64,000 bases of DNA from Octopus vulgaris (Eukaryota), in the NCBI GenBank assembly GCA_951406725.2, contig OX597836.1:37572001-37636000 (forward strand), given 5' to 3'. How positions within the stretch are numbered: position 1 is the first letter of the stretch; each line of letters starts with the position of its first letter. The position numbers were made by a program, and so were the translations under genes. Positions 14,945 to 26,970 of the stretch are shown in pieces. Below the pieces are notes generated by a model. It was not told where the DNA came from, ran no database searches, and saw nothing but the letters and a program-made list of their open reading frames with translations.

Positions 14945-15916
14945 TATATAAAAAATTAGAAGAAAAAAACCCACTTTTAATCAATTCAAAATGAACATTT
15001 AAATTACACCATCTAGAAAATTACATATAAGAGAAATATTAAAACTAAAATAACAATAAAAAACAGAAATGGCTTAGAAAGCCGAAAACAGAAATTTACA
15101 AAATCGGGAAACACGCCACACAGCCCAGGTTTCCCGTGCATTCGTTTGTGCAGGTTCTTTGCACGGGAAACCTGTCCTGTGTGGCGTGTTTCTCGATTTT
15201 GTAAATTTGTTTTCGGCTTTCTAAGTCATTTCTGTTTTGAGCATGGCGACTTCAAGCCATGAAGTCGTCGGTCGAAAAGTACGCTGGTCTCCTTGACAAC
15301 GCTTACGACGTTAATTTCCCCACACTGCCTCCACCACAGCTTCATGAAGGAGGGAGGAAGGGGAGAAGCAACACATATGCAGGTGTGAGCATTGAACGCC
15401 AACTCCGCCACCGACACACGAAAAAATTGGAAGAACCCAGACGACAGCTTGACAGTCAACTACGAGCTGGCATATATAGGCCAGTTCGTGGCCAGGCTGC
15501 AATTCAGAGGCATGAGAGAAAAGTTTCTCACTTATTTATCTCGAGTTCCTTCTCATTCATATTTGTATATATATAATAATTATTATTTGAGGGAATAAAA
15601 TTCAAAACTTACAAGGAAAAAAATTCAATTTAGAAATACTAAATCAAATTCCACACAATATAATATATATATAAAAAATTAGAAAAAAAAAACACGTTTA
15701 ATCAATTCAAAATGAATAATTAAATTACACCATCTAGAAAATTACATATAAGAGAAATATTAAAATTAGAATAACAATAAAATATCAATGATTAAGTAAA
15801 TTGCAAAAAATAATAAAAACGTATATAATTTGTAATTTGTAGATGTAATTTATATGTAATTTTCTAGATGGTGTAATTTAATTGTTCATTATGATCTGAT
15901 TAAAGGTGGGGTTTTT

Positions 15917-15920
<4 letters not shown>
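14945..15920. mobile_element. (TA)n-embedded element with direct and inverted AT-rich repeats (PLE pLTR-like)
   Basis: AATCAATTCAAAATGAA...AAATTACACCATCTAGAAAATTACATAT at ~14979 and ~15700, inverted at 15838-15920; another inverted copy at 55682-55890. Confidence 0.65.
15060..15238. repeat. Fold-back hairpin, ~80-bp arms, ~19-nt loop
   Basis: AAAACAGAAATGGCTTAGAAAGCCGAAAAC...TTTCCCGTGCA / TGCACGGGAAA...GTTTTCGGCTTTCTAAGTCATTTCTGTTTT. Confidence 0.9.
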
Positions 15921-15957
<37 letters not shown>

Positions 15958-15958
<1 letters not shown>

Positions 15959-16185
15959 CTCTTACTCTTTACTCTTTTACTTGTTTCAGTCAATTTGACT
16001 GCGGCCATGCTGGAGCACCGCCTTTAGTCGAGCAGGTCGACCCCGGGACTTATTCTTTGTAAGCCCAGTACTTATTCTATCTGTCCCTTTTGCCGCACCG
16101 CTAAGTGACGGGGACGTAAACACACCAGCATCGGTTGTCAAGCAATGCTGGGGGGACAAACACAGACACACAAACACACACATAC

Positions 16186-16216
<31 letters not shown>

Positions 16217-16369
16217 CGACAGGCTTCTTTCAGTTTCTGTCTACCAAATCCACTCAGAAGGCATTGGTCGGGCCGGGGCTATAGCATAAGACACTTGCCC
16301 AAGATGCCACGTAGTTGGACTGAACCCAGAACCATGTGGCTGGTTACTTAGCTACTTACCACACAGCCA
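15958..16369 (-). mobile_element. SINE family A
   Basis: Co-linear with 617-1020. Confidence 0.9.
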
Positions 16370-16469
16370 ACAACACAACTTACTTAGAAATGGATGCGTG
16401 CGTTCCGTCATATAATAACAAATTAATAAATAAAACTTATGCATATATACATACATATACGTACGTACC

Positions 16470-16564
<95 letters not shown>

Positions 16565-16583
16565 GTATATGTATATATATATA

Positions 16584-16795
16584 AGGCGAGCTGGCAGACA
16601 CGTTAGCGCGTCGGACGAAATGCTTTAGCGGTATTTTGTCCGCCGTTACGTTCTGAGTTCAAATTCCGCCGAGGTCGACTTTGCCTTTCATTCTTTCGGG
16701 GTCGATAAATTAAGTACCAGTTACGCCTGGGGTCAATATAATCGACTTCAACCATTTGTCTGTCCTTGTTTGTCCCCTCTATATTTAGGTAATAA
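16584..16795 (+). mobile_element. tRNA-derived SINE family B
   Basis: GGCGAGCTGGCAGACACGTTAGC...GAGTTCAAATTCC...GTCGACTTTGCCTTTCAT...GATAAATTAAGTACCAG. Confidence 0.9.
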
Positions 16796-16810
16796 ATAAA
16801 TATATATATA

Positions 16811-16928
16811 CGGGGTGAATCAAAAGTCACCATACATAGGGAAATATCTTTAAATTAGAAACAGTTAAAAAAAACTGTTTCTTAAAAAAAAATGTTTTCT
16901 TATGTATGCCGACTTTTGAATCACCCTG
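16811..16928. mobile_element. Tc1/mariner-type MITE (~118 bp, ~30-bp TIRs, TA TSD)
   Basis: TA-CGGGGTGAATCAAAAGTCACCATACATA ... TATGTATGCCGACTTTTGAATCACCCTG-TA. Confidence 0.85.
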
Positions 16929-16937
16929 TATATGTGT

Positions 16938-17023
<86 letters not shown>

Positions 17024-17379
17024 ATATATATATATATATATATTCCGTCATCACAGGAAATGATTAAAAAACTGAATTTACAACCATTGCTTAAATAAAG
17101 TTTTATTCTATTTTCTTGGCTGAATATTTCCGGTTCATTTCAATTCAGAATAATTTGTTTCAGTGGTAAATGATTTATGAAATGTAATCAGCATTTTCAA
17201 AAGTAATTTCATTCTTGATGTTACTTCGCAAAATTCATTAATCTTTGGAAGAGGCGTCGATGACAGTGGATCTGCAAATCAGGAAATCGACTGACGAAAT
17301 GAACTTGTATTTGGTTGCATTTAATTACGTTCTGTGTTCAAACACCGCCGTCATTACCTTTGCTTTTCATGATATTGAT

Positions 17380-17698
17380 TTTAAATGTTGGCACAAGGCC
17401 AGAAATTTCGAGGAAGGAGATAAGTCGGTTATATTGACTACAGTGTTCCACTGGTACTTATTTTATTGAATCCCGAAAGGATAAAAGGCAAAGTTCACCT
17501 TGGCGGAATTTGAACTCCGAACATAAAGATGGACGAAACGGCGCTAAACATTTTACCTGGCGTGCTAACGCTTCAGTCAGCTCACCGCCTTATCTGCTTT
17601 TCATAATATTTATTTCCAATTTTGGCACAGAGCCAGCAAGTTCGGGGAAGGGGTAAGTCGTTTACATCGAGCCCAGTGCTTAGCTGGTATTCATTTTA
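17380..17698 (-). mobile_element. Older SINE family B copies with the alternative tail
   Basis: TTGGCACAAGGCCAGAAATTTCG...AAAGGCAAAGTTCACCTTGGCGGAATTTGAACTC...CTCACCGCC, plus a second tail fragment at 17615-17698. Confidence 0.75.
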
Positions 17699-17978
17699 AC
17701 TGGTTGGTCTGTTCTAGAATCTTACGTCTCGGGCCCATCGTTAGTTTCTAGAAAGCTCTGTCTCGCAGTACTACAGGGGGTGGAGAGAATTGCTGGTTTG
17801 AGATAAACTCTACAGACACAAGAGTTCATTCAGCCGAGCCTGTCCGAGTATTGTGCAGAGCGACAAAACCGTTTTGCATGCGATCACCCATTTCCCGATT
17901 ATTGCTGATTTAAGGAAGGAATTAGGTCGAACACTTGCTTTGATTTTTGTAGGAATTCTACGAATAATACTCGGAATT
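17699..17978 (+). pseudogene. Tx1/L1 ORF2 zinc-knuckle segment, close copy of 12782-13062
   Basis: AACTGGTTG...GGGCCCATCGTTAGTTTCTAGAAAGCTCTG...CTCGGAATT is shared. Confidence 0.8.
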
Positions 17979-18182
17979 AGCGTCGACGTAATCAAGCATT
18001 ATGCCCTTCACCACCAAAATATTTGTGATATTGTACCTATATTGATTTCAAATTTTAGCACAAGGCCAATAACTTCCAGAGTGGGTACTTTTCTGGTACT
18101 TATTTTATCGGCCCTGGAAGGAGGAAAAGGCAAACTCGACCTCGGCGGAATTTGAACTCAGTATGTAAAGACAGCCGAAATG

Positions 18183-18258
<76 letters not shown>

Positions 18259-18564
18259 CATATATATATACATATACATGTATATATATATATATACATA
18301 GATATACATATATATATATATATACATACATATATATATGTGTGTGTGTGTGTGCGTGTGTCATGAACTCTCCTGTCGATAGACATTGTATGTGGGTTCG
18401 GCAATTTTTGCCGAACAACCACACAGATGATTTGTCTATAGTGATCAAATGTTTGTGTACATGTACATAAAATATGATGATCGAAAGAAATTATTCTGGT
18501 TACTCTTGTTCTTGTCGTTGATCCAATATCATCCTTGATGCAGCAGACGTGATTATCCTCTGCA

Positions 18565-19165
18565 CAATAGGCACAAAGCCTGAAATTTTAACGGAGTGGA
18601 ATTGGTTGATTACATAGAATATAGTATTCGGCTGGTACTTATTTTATCGACCCCAACGGATGAAAGGCAAAGTCATCCTTAGCAGAATTTGAATTCAAAA
18701 CTGGAAGAAATGCCGCTAAGTATTTAGCCTGGCCTACTGGTGTTTCTTATTTCGTTATTGCTCACATGGGGCTAAACATAGAGACGACAAACAAGGACAG
18801 ACAAAGGGATTAAGTCGATTACATCGACCTCAGTACGTAACTGGTACTTAATTTATTGACCCCGAAAGGATGAAAGGCAAAGTCACCCCCGGCGGAATTT
18901 GAACTCAGAACGTAACGGCAGACGAAATACCTATTTCTTTATTACCCACAAGGGGCTAAACACAGAGAGGACAAACAAGGACAGACATAGGTATTAAGTC
19001 GATTACATCAACCCCAGTGCGTAACTGGTACTTAATTTATCGACCCCGAAAGGATGAGAGGCAAAGTCAACTTTGGCGGAATTTGAACTCAGAACGTAAC
19101 GGCAGACGAAATACCGCTAGGTATTTCGTCCGGCGTGCTAACGTTTCTGCCAGCTCGTCGCCTTA
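18565..19165 (-). mobile_element. Cluster of SINE family B copies, including a head-to-tail dimer (18745-19163)
   Basis: Repeated CGACCCCGAAAGGATGAAAGGCAAAGTC; junction GACGAAATACCTATTTCTTT at ~18921-18940. Confidence 0.85.
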
Positions 19166-19222
19166 GTAGACGTAATAATCAAGTTATCGCAGTAACAATT
19201 ACGTCTTTCGTGAATCTCAAGC

Positions 19223-19827
19223 CAGGACCGGTTTTAAATCAATTAGAGAGACTCGTTCAAATTGGGTCCCGCGTCAAGAGAGGGCCCAACGCACACGCTC
19301 GAGCGGAGGGTGCCTTGGTGAATTAAACATTTCCTAATATCTTTATTGCTTTGGTGATTTACTCAACAAAGCCGGTAACAGTCGCATCGGGTGTAAGAAT
19401 TTTTATTTTAACCATAACTGATTGAAACACGCCTACATACCTAAGGTCATACAGTTTCACAAGAGAGACTAAATAATTTGGCGATACTATCAATAGAAAG
19501 TAACATTACAAAAACCATTGACTGTGAAATGATTTTGAAAGACTTCACCGATAAAAGAAGCCAGAAAAATCTGTTTTATAAGGCCTATTCACAAAAAAGT
19601 TCGACATTAATTATCTTGACTCGTAATGAAACATTAAAACTTTCATATGAGCTTTCAATTTTTAGTATATCATTGTAGCTAATGGTGGAGCCTGAAGACC
19701 TCAAAACTTTTTGGCTGGGATTGGCGTACTACATGAAGCATAAAACACTAATCTTCAACTTTTGTTAAGTACAGGGCCCTACTGACAATTCTCTAACTGG
19801 GTCCTACACTTCTTAGCGCTGACCCTG
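19223..19827 (+). mobile_element. Non-autonomous hAT (Tip100/ZMYM1-like) element retaining the dimerisation-domain coding relic
   Basis: Ends CAGGACCG.../...GCTGACCCTG; 8-bp TSD TCTCAAGC/TCTCCAGC; encodes PVTVASG...TYLRS...QERLNNLAILSIE. Confidence 0.8.
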
Positions 19828-19857
19828 TCTCCAGCCATTATATTTTTCAGGCAGAAT

Positions 19858-20076
19858 GGCGGCGATCTGGCAGACACGTTAGCGCGCCGGGCGAAATGCT
19901 TAGCGGCATTTCGTCTGTCGTTACGTTCTGAGTTCAAATTCCGCCGAGGTCGACTTTGCCTTTCATCCTTTCGTGGTCGATAAATAAAGTACCAGTTTCG
20001 CACTGAGGTCTTAATCCCATTGTCTATCCTTGTTTGTCCCCTCTATGTTTAGCTCCTTGTGCGCAATAAAGAAATA
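19858..20076 (+). mobile_element. SINE family B
   Basis: GGCGGCGATCTGGCAGACACGTTAGC...AATAAAGAAATA. Confidence 0.9.
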
Positions 20077-20730
20077 TATATTTTTCAGGCAGTGAGGTAT
20101 GACTTATACGAGACTTGGCTATTGTTTCTAGCAGGTTGACGGACCACATTAATAGCTCTTATCATTGGTTTTTTTTATTGTAGCAGTATAATTTAGGGGG
20201 GAAACTCCTACTGACCTGACTTCATTTCGTCAATGTGGTTGCCATATCCGGTAGTATCCTTTTTTTAAGAGAAAAAATAAAAATCATTTACATTGCAGAG
20301 CAGGCGTTTCAACATCTCAGCTTTCCAATTAACTTATTTCTAATAAAGATATGACGAATTACACTAAAAAACAACAACAAAACACACTACTACTACTACT
20401 TCTTGAAATACTACTACGTCATAATAAAAGACAGATTCCGCTAATCCACCAGCTCCATCTGAAGAAATCTCATCGTGTAGAATAATAATGTAATAATGTA
20501 GGGAAAATAAAAGTAAACACGTTTATAATTTGTGGAGCAGTTTATGTCAAAATACTATGAGATTCCCATCAGGTATTCAAGATTTTTTGCCTTTAGGAAG
20601 TCCCACAACATTTTGAATTATACTCGTGGGAAGATTTCAATTAAAAAACACACTGCAATTTGTTGGAACATCCGCTATATCTAGTTCCCTTTAGATTACA
20701 TAATGTTAAGTCGCTATAGATCTACAGTTA

Positions 20731-21040
20731 TGAAGGCGCGTGGCTTGGTGGTTAGGGGTATTCGGTTCGCGATCGTAAGGACGTGAGTTCGATTCCCGGC
20801 GGCATGATCTGTCCTTGAGCAAAAACATTTTATTTCACGATACTCCAGTCCGCTCAGCTGGTAAAAAATTAGCAGAGCCTGTAATTGTCACATCATGTGT
20901 CACGCCGAATCTCCCTGAGAACTACGTTAAGAGTGCACATATCTGTGGAGTGCTCAACTATTTGCACGTTAATTTCACGAGCTGGTTGTTCCGTGGATCG
21001 GATCAACTGGAACACTCCCGTTGTAACCGACCGAGTTCCA
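20731..21040 (+). mobile_element. SINE family C
   Basis: TGAAGGCGCGTGGCTTGGTGGTTAG...GAGTTCGATTCCCGG...GTAACCGACCGAGT. Confidence 0.85.
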
Positions 21041-21789
21041 GTTTAATTTTTTATGGGTTTACATTCATGTGGCCAGCGATATATCACAGTACTTGTACTT
21101 GTGGCTACATTCACCCTGGGCGGGTTGAGTCGGCTTCTTCTATTGCATTCGCCATTGAGAATTCATGGAAGAAGTTTCGTGGGAATATGTGGATTTCACA
21201 AGCGGTCCCCAACAATCCCGCATGTAGAGACATCCTGTTTGCCGCAGATTGTCCGCAGACGCAGGAACAGAACGACCGAGGAGCCGCCGGTTGCCGAAAC
21301 AGACTCTCCGAGGATTTTCACCAGAGTCTGCTGGGTTGTGGCCGTAAAACCACTCGGTGTCAGACCAATCCGCCTTGGGTGGCCCTACCAGGAACCCAAG
21401 TTCCCGTCGGCATAGCTCTGGCACTACCCGTTGACAGCGTCCCCACCACGGTGAGGAGGGGATGGTTAATATACTAGTGAAAACTTAAGCATTCTATTCA
21501 ACACCGTGGATTATTGATAGTAAATATTTAGTCGAGACAGCAAGGGAGGGTACGGGCTGTTATATGATCGTTGTACTTCCTAGAAGTAGCAGTCGTATAA
21601 CAACTTACTGTCCCCAAAGTGCAAGGACACATTACATAATGAGGAAATATTTAGCCGTATTTAGCAAGCGAGTATGATCTGGCAGTTTTTGCTTGTATTT
21701 TAGGAGTTTATATGACAGTGGGTTGATAGAGACAGTTTCAGTTAATCCCGCCTCTGTTTGACCAAGTGGAACATTAAAAACTTGACAGC

Positions 21790-21962
21790 GAGAGAGAGAA
21801 AGAGAGAAAGAGATGAAGTAGAGGGAGGGAGGTGGAGAGATAAGCAGAGAGAGAGAGAGGGAGATGAGGTAGAGAGAGGGAGGTGGAGAGATAAGCAGAG
21901 AGAGAGAGAGATGAGGTAGAGAAAGGGAGGTGGAGAGATAAGCAGAGAGAGAGAGAGAGAGA
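21790..21962. repeat. GA-rich minisatellite (~45-50-bp unit, GGAGGTGGAGAGATAAGCAGAGAG, x3)
   Basis: Direct inspection. Confidence 0.85.
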
Positions 21963-22326
21963 TAGCTGCACCAGCAGTTGGTTGGTGGCTCACTTTTTGA
22001 TGATTAGACTGGGGCAAGGTGAAACGAAGTTCCTTACCCAAGGACTAGGCTACGCGGCTTATGAAATCATATATAACCGTAAAAATGATGAGATGTTATA
22101 CATTCGAACGCCATTCAATCATGGGTCTGATCTATCTGAACTGACCCGGACTAAACAATAACATTTCTTTGTAATAAATCTTTAAAACAATACTTCATCT
22201 TTGTATCGTATCAATGTTGTTACAATATAAACGCAAGTATTATACGATAATCTTAGAAAGTTGATTTTAAATCCTCTAACAAAAGCCCGTTTATACAGAA
22301 AACATATTGATATACATGTAAAGTGA

Positions 22327-22512
22327 AGGCTGCGAACTGGCAGAATCGTTACCACGCTGAGGCAGAATGCTTAGCGGCGTTTTGTCCATCTTTACGTCCT
22401 GAATTCAAATTCCGACGGGGTTGACTTTGCCTTACATCATTTCGGCTTCGATAAAATACGTACCAGTTGTGTACTGGAGTCGATGTAATTGACTTAACTC
22501 CTCCCCGAGAAA
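22327..22512 (+). mobile_element. Diverged SINE family B
   Basis: GGCTGCGAACTGGCAGAATCGTT...GTTGACTTTGCCTTACATC. Confidence 0.75.
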
Positions 22513-22535
22513 TATTCTTAATATTTTGTCAGTTA

Positions 22536-22613
<78 letters not shown>

Positions 22614-22790
22614 TGTGTGTGTGTGTACGTTAATTTGTTTATATTTCTATATTTAAGTCCAAAATTACACAGGATTACATTAATGGCATACACACAGAGA
22701 CTTATTTTTTTCTTCAGTAACATCTACATGTTCACTATCTCTGTCTGTATGTCTCTCTGTCTGTCTCTCTCTCTCTCTCTCACTCTCTCT

Positions 22791-23645
22791 CTCTTTCACA
22801 CTCTTTACCGCCTGAAATGCAAACAGATCTCGAAGACAAACTTCACCGCCTTGGCAAAATTCTTCATTCATAAATATTTACAAACATCACCGTATCGGCA
22901 AGTATTTTTAAATATTTATAATTACCTTCTTTTTATATTTAGCTTTCTTTAAATAGACAATATTATCAAGCCTTCTTTCAATGGACACTATTTTAATTTT
23001 ATGATTAAAAAATGACTTATTTACTTATCTCATGTTCTATTCACTTTGCAACTTTTTAAGCAGAGACTTATGTTTTCTTCAGCAATGTCTACACGTTCTC
23101 TCTCCTTCTCTATCTCTTTCTCTTTCACACTCTTTCCCGCCTGAAATGCAAACAGATCTCGAAGACAAACTTCACCGCCTTGCCAAAATTCTTCATTCAT
23201 AAATATTTACAAACATCACAGTATCGGCAAGTATTTTTAAATATTTATAATTACCTTCTTTTTATATTTAGCTTTCTTTAAATAGACAATATTTGTTTCT
23301 TTATTACCCACAAGGGGCTAAACATAGAGGGGACAAACAAGGACAGACAAACGGATTAAGTCGATTATATCGACCCCAGTGCGTAACTGGTACTTAATTT
23401 ATCGACCCCGTAAGGATGAAAGGCAAAGTCGACCTCGGCGGAATTTGAACTCAGAACGTAACGGCAGACGAAATACGGCTACGCATTTCGCCCGGCGTGC
23501 TAACGTTTCTGCCAGCTCGCTGCCTTTAAATAGACAATATTATCAAGCTTTCTTTCAATAGACACTATTTTAATTGTATGATTTACAAATTACAACTCAT
23601 TTACTAATCTCATGTTCTATTCACTTTTGAACTTTTTAAGCAGAA
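22791..23645. repeat. 329-bp tandem duplication; second unit carries a SINE B insertion
   Basis: CTCTTTCACACTCTTT(A/C)CCGCCTGAAATGCAAACAGATCTCG at 22791 and 23120. Confidence 0.9.
23294..23524 (-). mobile_element. Young SINE family B with 17-bp TSD
   Basis: TTTAAATAGACAATATT at 23277-23293 and 23525-23541. Confidence 0.95.
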
Positions 23646-23800
23646 AAATCTTTCAGAACAGTCAAACATCCATAAAAGATACAGAAAAAATAATTTTGAA
23701 GTGCAAAAATCTTATTTACTTTCTTATATATTGTTATTCCTGTTTACCAGAAAAAAATCAGCGTCCATCGAATAAAAATGAAAATGTTGTTATTGAGAGA

Positions 23801-23840
<40 letters not shown>

Positions 23841-24485
23841 ATTTCTTTATTCACCATAAAGTTGAGAAAAAGAGGGGACAAAACAAACGTTGGGGTCAGG
23901 GTATCGAATGAGACGAAACATATGAATAAACAAACAATTAAAATATATACAATTAAATGAGAATGAGTGAATAACAAAAAATGAAGCGGAGGACGCGGTT
24001 GACCCCACAAACCACATACACTGAAGACTTTGCTTTCTCCTTTTTCACATTCTTGATTAAACAGGTTCTTTCACTCTCAACATACTTGCTATAGACTTCC
24101 ATCTTTTACGAAACACACTTTGCGACAGGCATTTCTTCTCTAGCTTTATTTTCCGTTTCATGTGGAAAAAGAGAGAGAGAGAGGGGGGGAGGGAGAAATA
24201 GAGACAGTGAGTGAAAAAGAGAGAGAGTGTGTGTGTGCGTCTGTAGATAGAGAGAGAGTGAGAGGAAGAGAGAGAGGCAGCATTCATCAATAAAGTGAAA
24301 AGGATTTTGCTGAGAGGAGAGAGAGAGGGGGGCGAGAGGCGTTGTTTGATACCACTCCCTCTCTCATTGTTATTACCATTTTGTCTCTTCCCTTTTTTTT
24401 ACTCTTACTTACACTGACTGCTACTCCCTTATTACGTCATTTTGGACAAACTTACAAACAAGCTCATTATTATAATAGATTTTAT

Positions 24486-24896
24486 GGATCTTTTCGGTTT
24501 GAACGGCAGTTTTTAACATAATTTCTAGGTAACTAAAGAATTTTAAACTTCGTATACTGGTAGAATGTGTTTATAAAAGATCTTTTTCTCTTGGCTTTAT
24601 TGAGAAAATTCTATAGTTTGTAAGATATTTGTTGCTTTTTTTTCTTCAATTTCTGCAATTTCAATCAATCAGTGACGTCTATTGAGGTATGAATATGTCT
24701 CTTGTTTGAGAAACGGATTGCGTTTATTTACATTTGTGAAGAAAAAAAATATATACCCTTCCCCCACCCCTAACCCTAAGCAACCCTAACCCTAAAACAG
24801 ATTGAAATGCAATAGATCGATTCTAGGGTCATAATTATGTGTGACAATTTCATATGACACCGCTTGAAAAAACTGCCGTTCAAACCGAAAAGATCC
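24486..24896. mobile_element. MITE with perfect 29-bp TIRs and 8-bp TSD (Merlin- or hAT-like), internal (CCCTAA)n
   Basis: GGATCTTTTCGGTTTGAACGGCAGTTTTT / AAAAACTGCCGTTCAAACCGAAAAGATCC; TSD GATTTTAT; second copy at 52356-52800. Confidence 0.9.
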
Positions 24897-26700
24897 GATT
24901 TTATGTCTTTCCGATTTAGGCTTTAGTTATGAAGTGTCTGCATCACCAGTATAAACTTACTAGGAATTTCTAGATCTAAAATCTTCAGAAGTTTTCATTG
25001 ACATGTTAAATGCTCTGAGACATGAATTTTGTTCCGGAAGTACATTTTTATTTTTTAAGGAAATTCAGAGTTTGATGACTCAATAAGAGGAAGTGAAAGA
25101 AGATCTTTGGAGCATGAAAAGTAAATATAAAAAAAGTAAAACGTGATCTAAATAAAAAGAAGAGTTACTGGTATGTAGTGCATTTCGCTCCTTCACCTTA
25201 TTAGCAGACGACATATTTCTGAAAGCTATTAAAGGTCTTTGGCAGTTGAATGACCCAAAGGAGTGGAGAAGCTAGTGGGAAGATAAACATGACAAACCTA
25301 TGGGATGGTGTAAGCTTACCAACGCTACTTGGTATTGCCATTTTATAGAAAATCTTGGAGAACATTGAGTTTGAAGGTGAAAGAAAAAACATAGTGTGTA
25401 AATATTTGTAAGTACTATAAGGAGAGAAAGATGACAAAGATATTAGCAGCAATTTTCTATATACATTTGAGCAACTAAAACAAACAGTATTTGTAGAAAA
25501 GCTTACATTATTTTGTTTATAATGAAATAAGGAAAAAAAAAACCCACCAAAAACACTTTTTTCTTTGCTTCTATTCAATATAAAAATCAACTTCCTCAAA
25601 GATTTCCCACATGATAACTATATTTTACGGTCTTATCTTTAAATGTACACCGCCTAATAGCAAGAGCAGAGTTTTGAATATTGTGCAACAACGGATAGAT
25701 TTCAGCTGTACAGAATCCGAGAATCAGTTCCGAATCCATTTGATTTGAATTTATTTTACTAATACCAGTAATTCTCCTAACATATCCACGACCCGAAGTT
25801 TCGTTTCATTATTCTAGTTTTAAGAAAAATACGGTCTTAGCTGAAGTTAGAGTTAGTGTCAGATGAAAAGATTCAACTTAATGATCCTATTAAAGAATAC
25901 CGGTATTGAATGCTTCTGCAAGGTCTATAGCTCATTGTTACCATATTTTAGTTTGCCCACGATAAGGGCTTTCTTAAAAGGTTTTTCAATTATCAAAAAT
26001 TGTAAAAGGATGAACAAAATAGTCAACGTAACACAATGAAGTCAGTAGATGTAGTTATCAATATCGTAATATTAGAATTTTATATTAAGTTTTGCTGAAT
26101 CGTTATAATGTCGGAGTTGAGGTATTTAAGCACGGCTGTCTACGTTCTAAATTAAAATCCCATAGAGGTCTAATGTGCCTTCCGTTCTTCTGTAAATCTA
26201 TAAAATAAGCACCGGTTGAATCTAATGAGCTTTATCCAAATTTCATTTCCTTTTACCTGTGTCAGTAATCCATATCTGAATAAAGATGTGAAAGAACAAA
26301 ATCATTCATTTCAGGCGAAAGAAAATAACACAAAAAAATGTATAATCTTTTACACTATACTACAGTAGGTTAGTTAATGCAATGTATGTCAGTGTGTCAG
26401 TCTGTGTATATGCATGTGTGTATGTTTTTAATACTGAGTAGGAGAAAAAGTAACGTCGAATCATTTTATCTGTCCAAGTGAGAGAGATGAAAAACCAAGC
26501 AGTAATTAATAGAATGGCCATATTTGAACCCGCAAACTAAAATGACGATACTTATTATAACGTATTTTGCTTGGTGCTCCGAAAGAACTTTGCTTATATC
26601 CCTTGCGAAATAATTATATATATTACTGTTGTTGATGCTGTTGTTACGCAAACCTAAGTCTATTCTATTCCAGGCTGTTGGCTGAAGAACAAAATGTAAA

Positions 26701-26970
26701 CCACATCTGACTATCATCTGTTCCCTAACATAGAAAAAAAAACACTCGCCTGGGAATCAGTATCGCAGTGATGATGACCTAATATCAGCTGTGGATAACT
26801 TTTTTAACCAAGAGGATGAAAGCTTCTTCGACAAAGAGATCCAAGCAATGCAGCACCGATGGGAGAAGTATATGGACCGCAAATAAACCCCATTTGGTCA
26901 CAAATCCCACTTGGTCACAAACCCCATTTGGTCACATTCAATGAGATTATCTTTTCAACCGATCCTCGTA
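26701..26970 (+). mobile_element. 3' fragment of the mariner family seen at 10148-11364
   Basis: CATCTGTTCCCTAA...CAGTATCGCAGTGATGATGAC...GATCCAAGCA, degenerate TIR end CCTCGTA. Confidence 0.8.

Noticed and set aside
20815-21477. 220-aa ORF as a gene
   Set aside because: The N-terminal third is SINE C sequence, the start is non-ATG, and no domain is recognisable.
25020-25620. Possible decayed transposase or exon
   Set aside because: No motif could be assigned.
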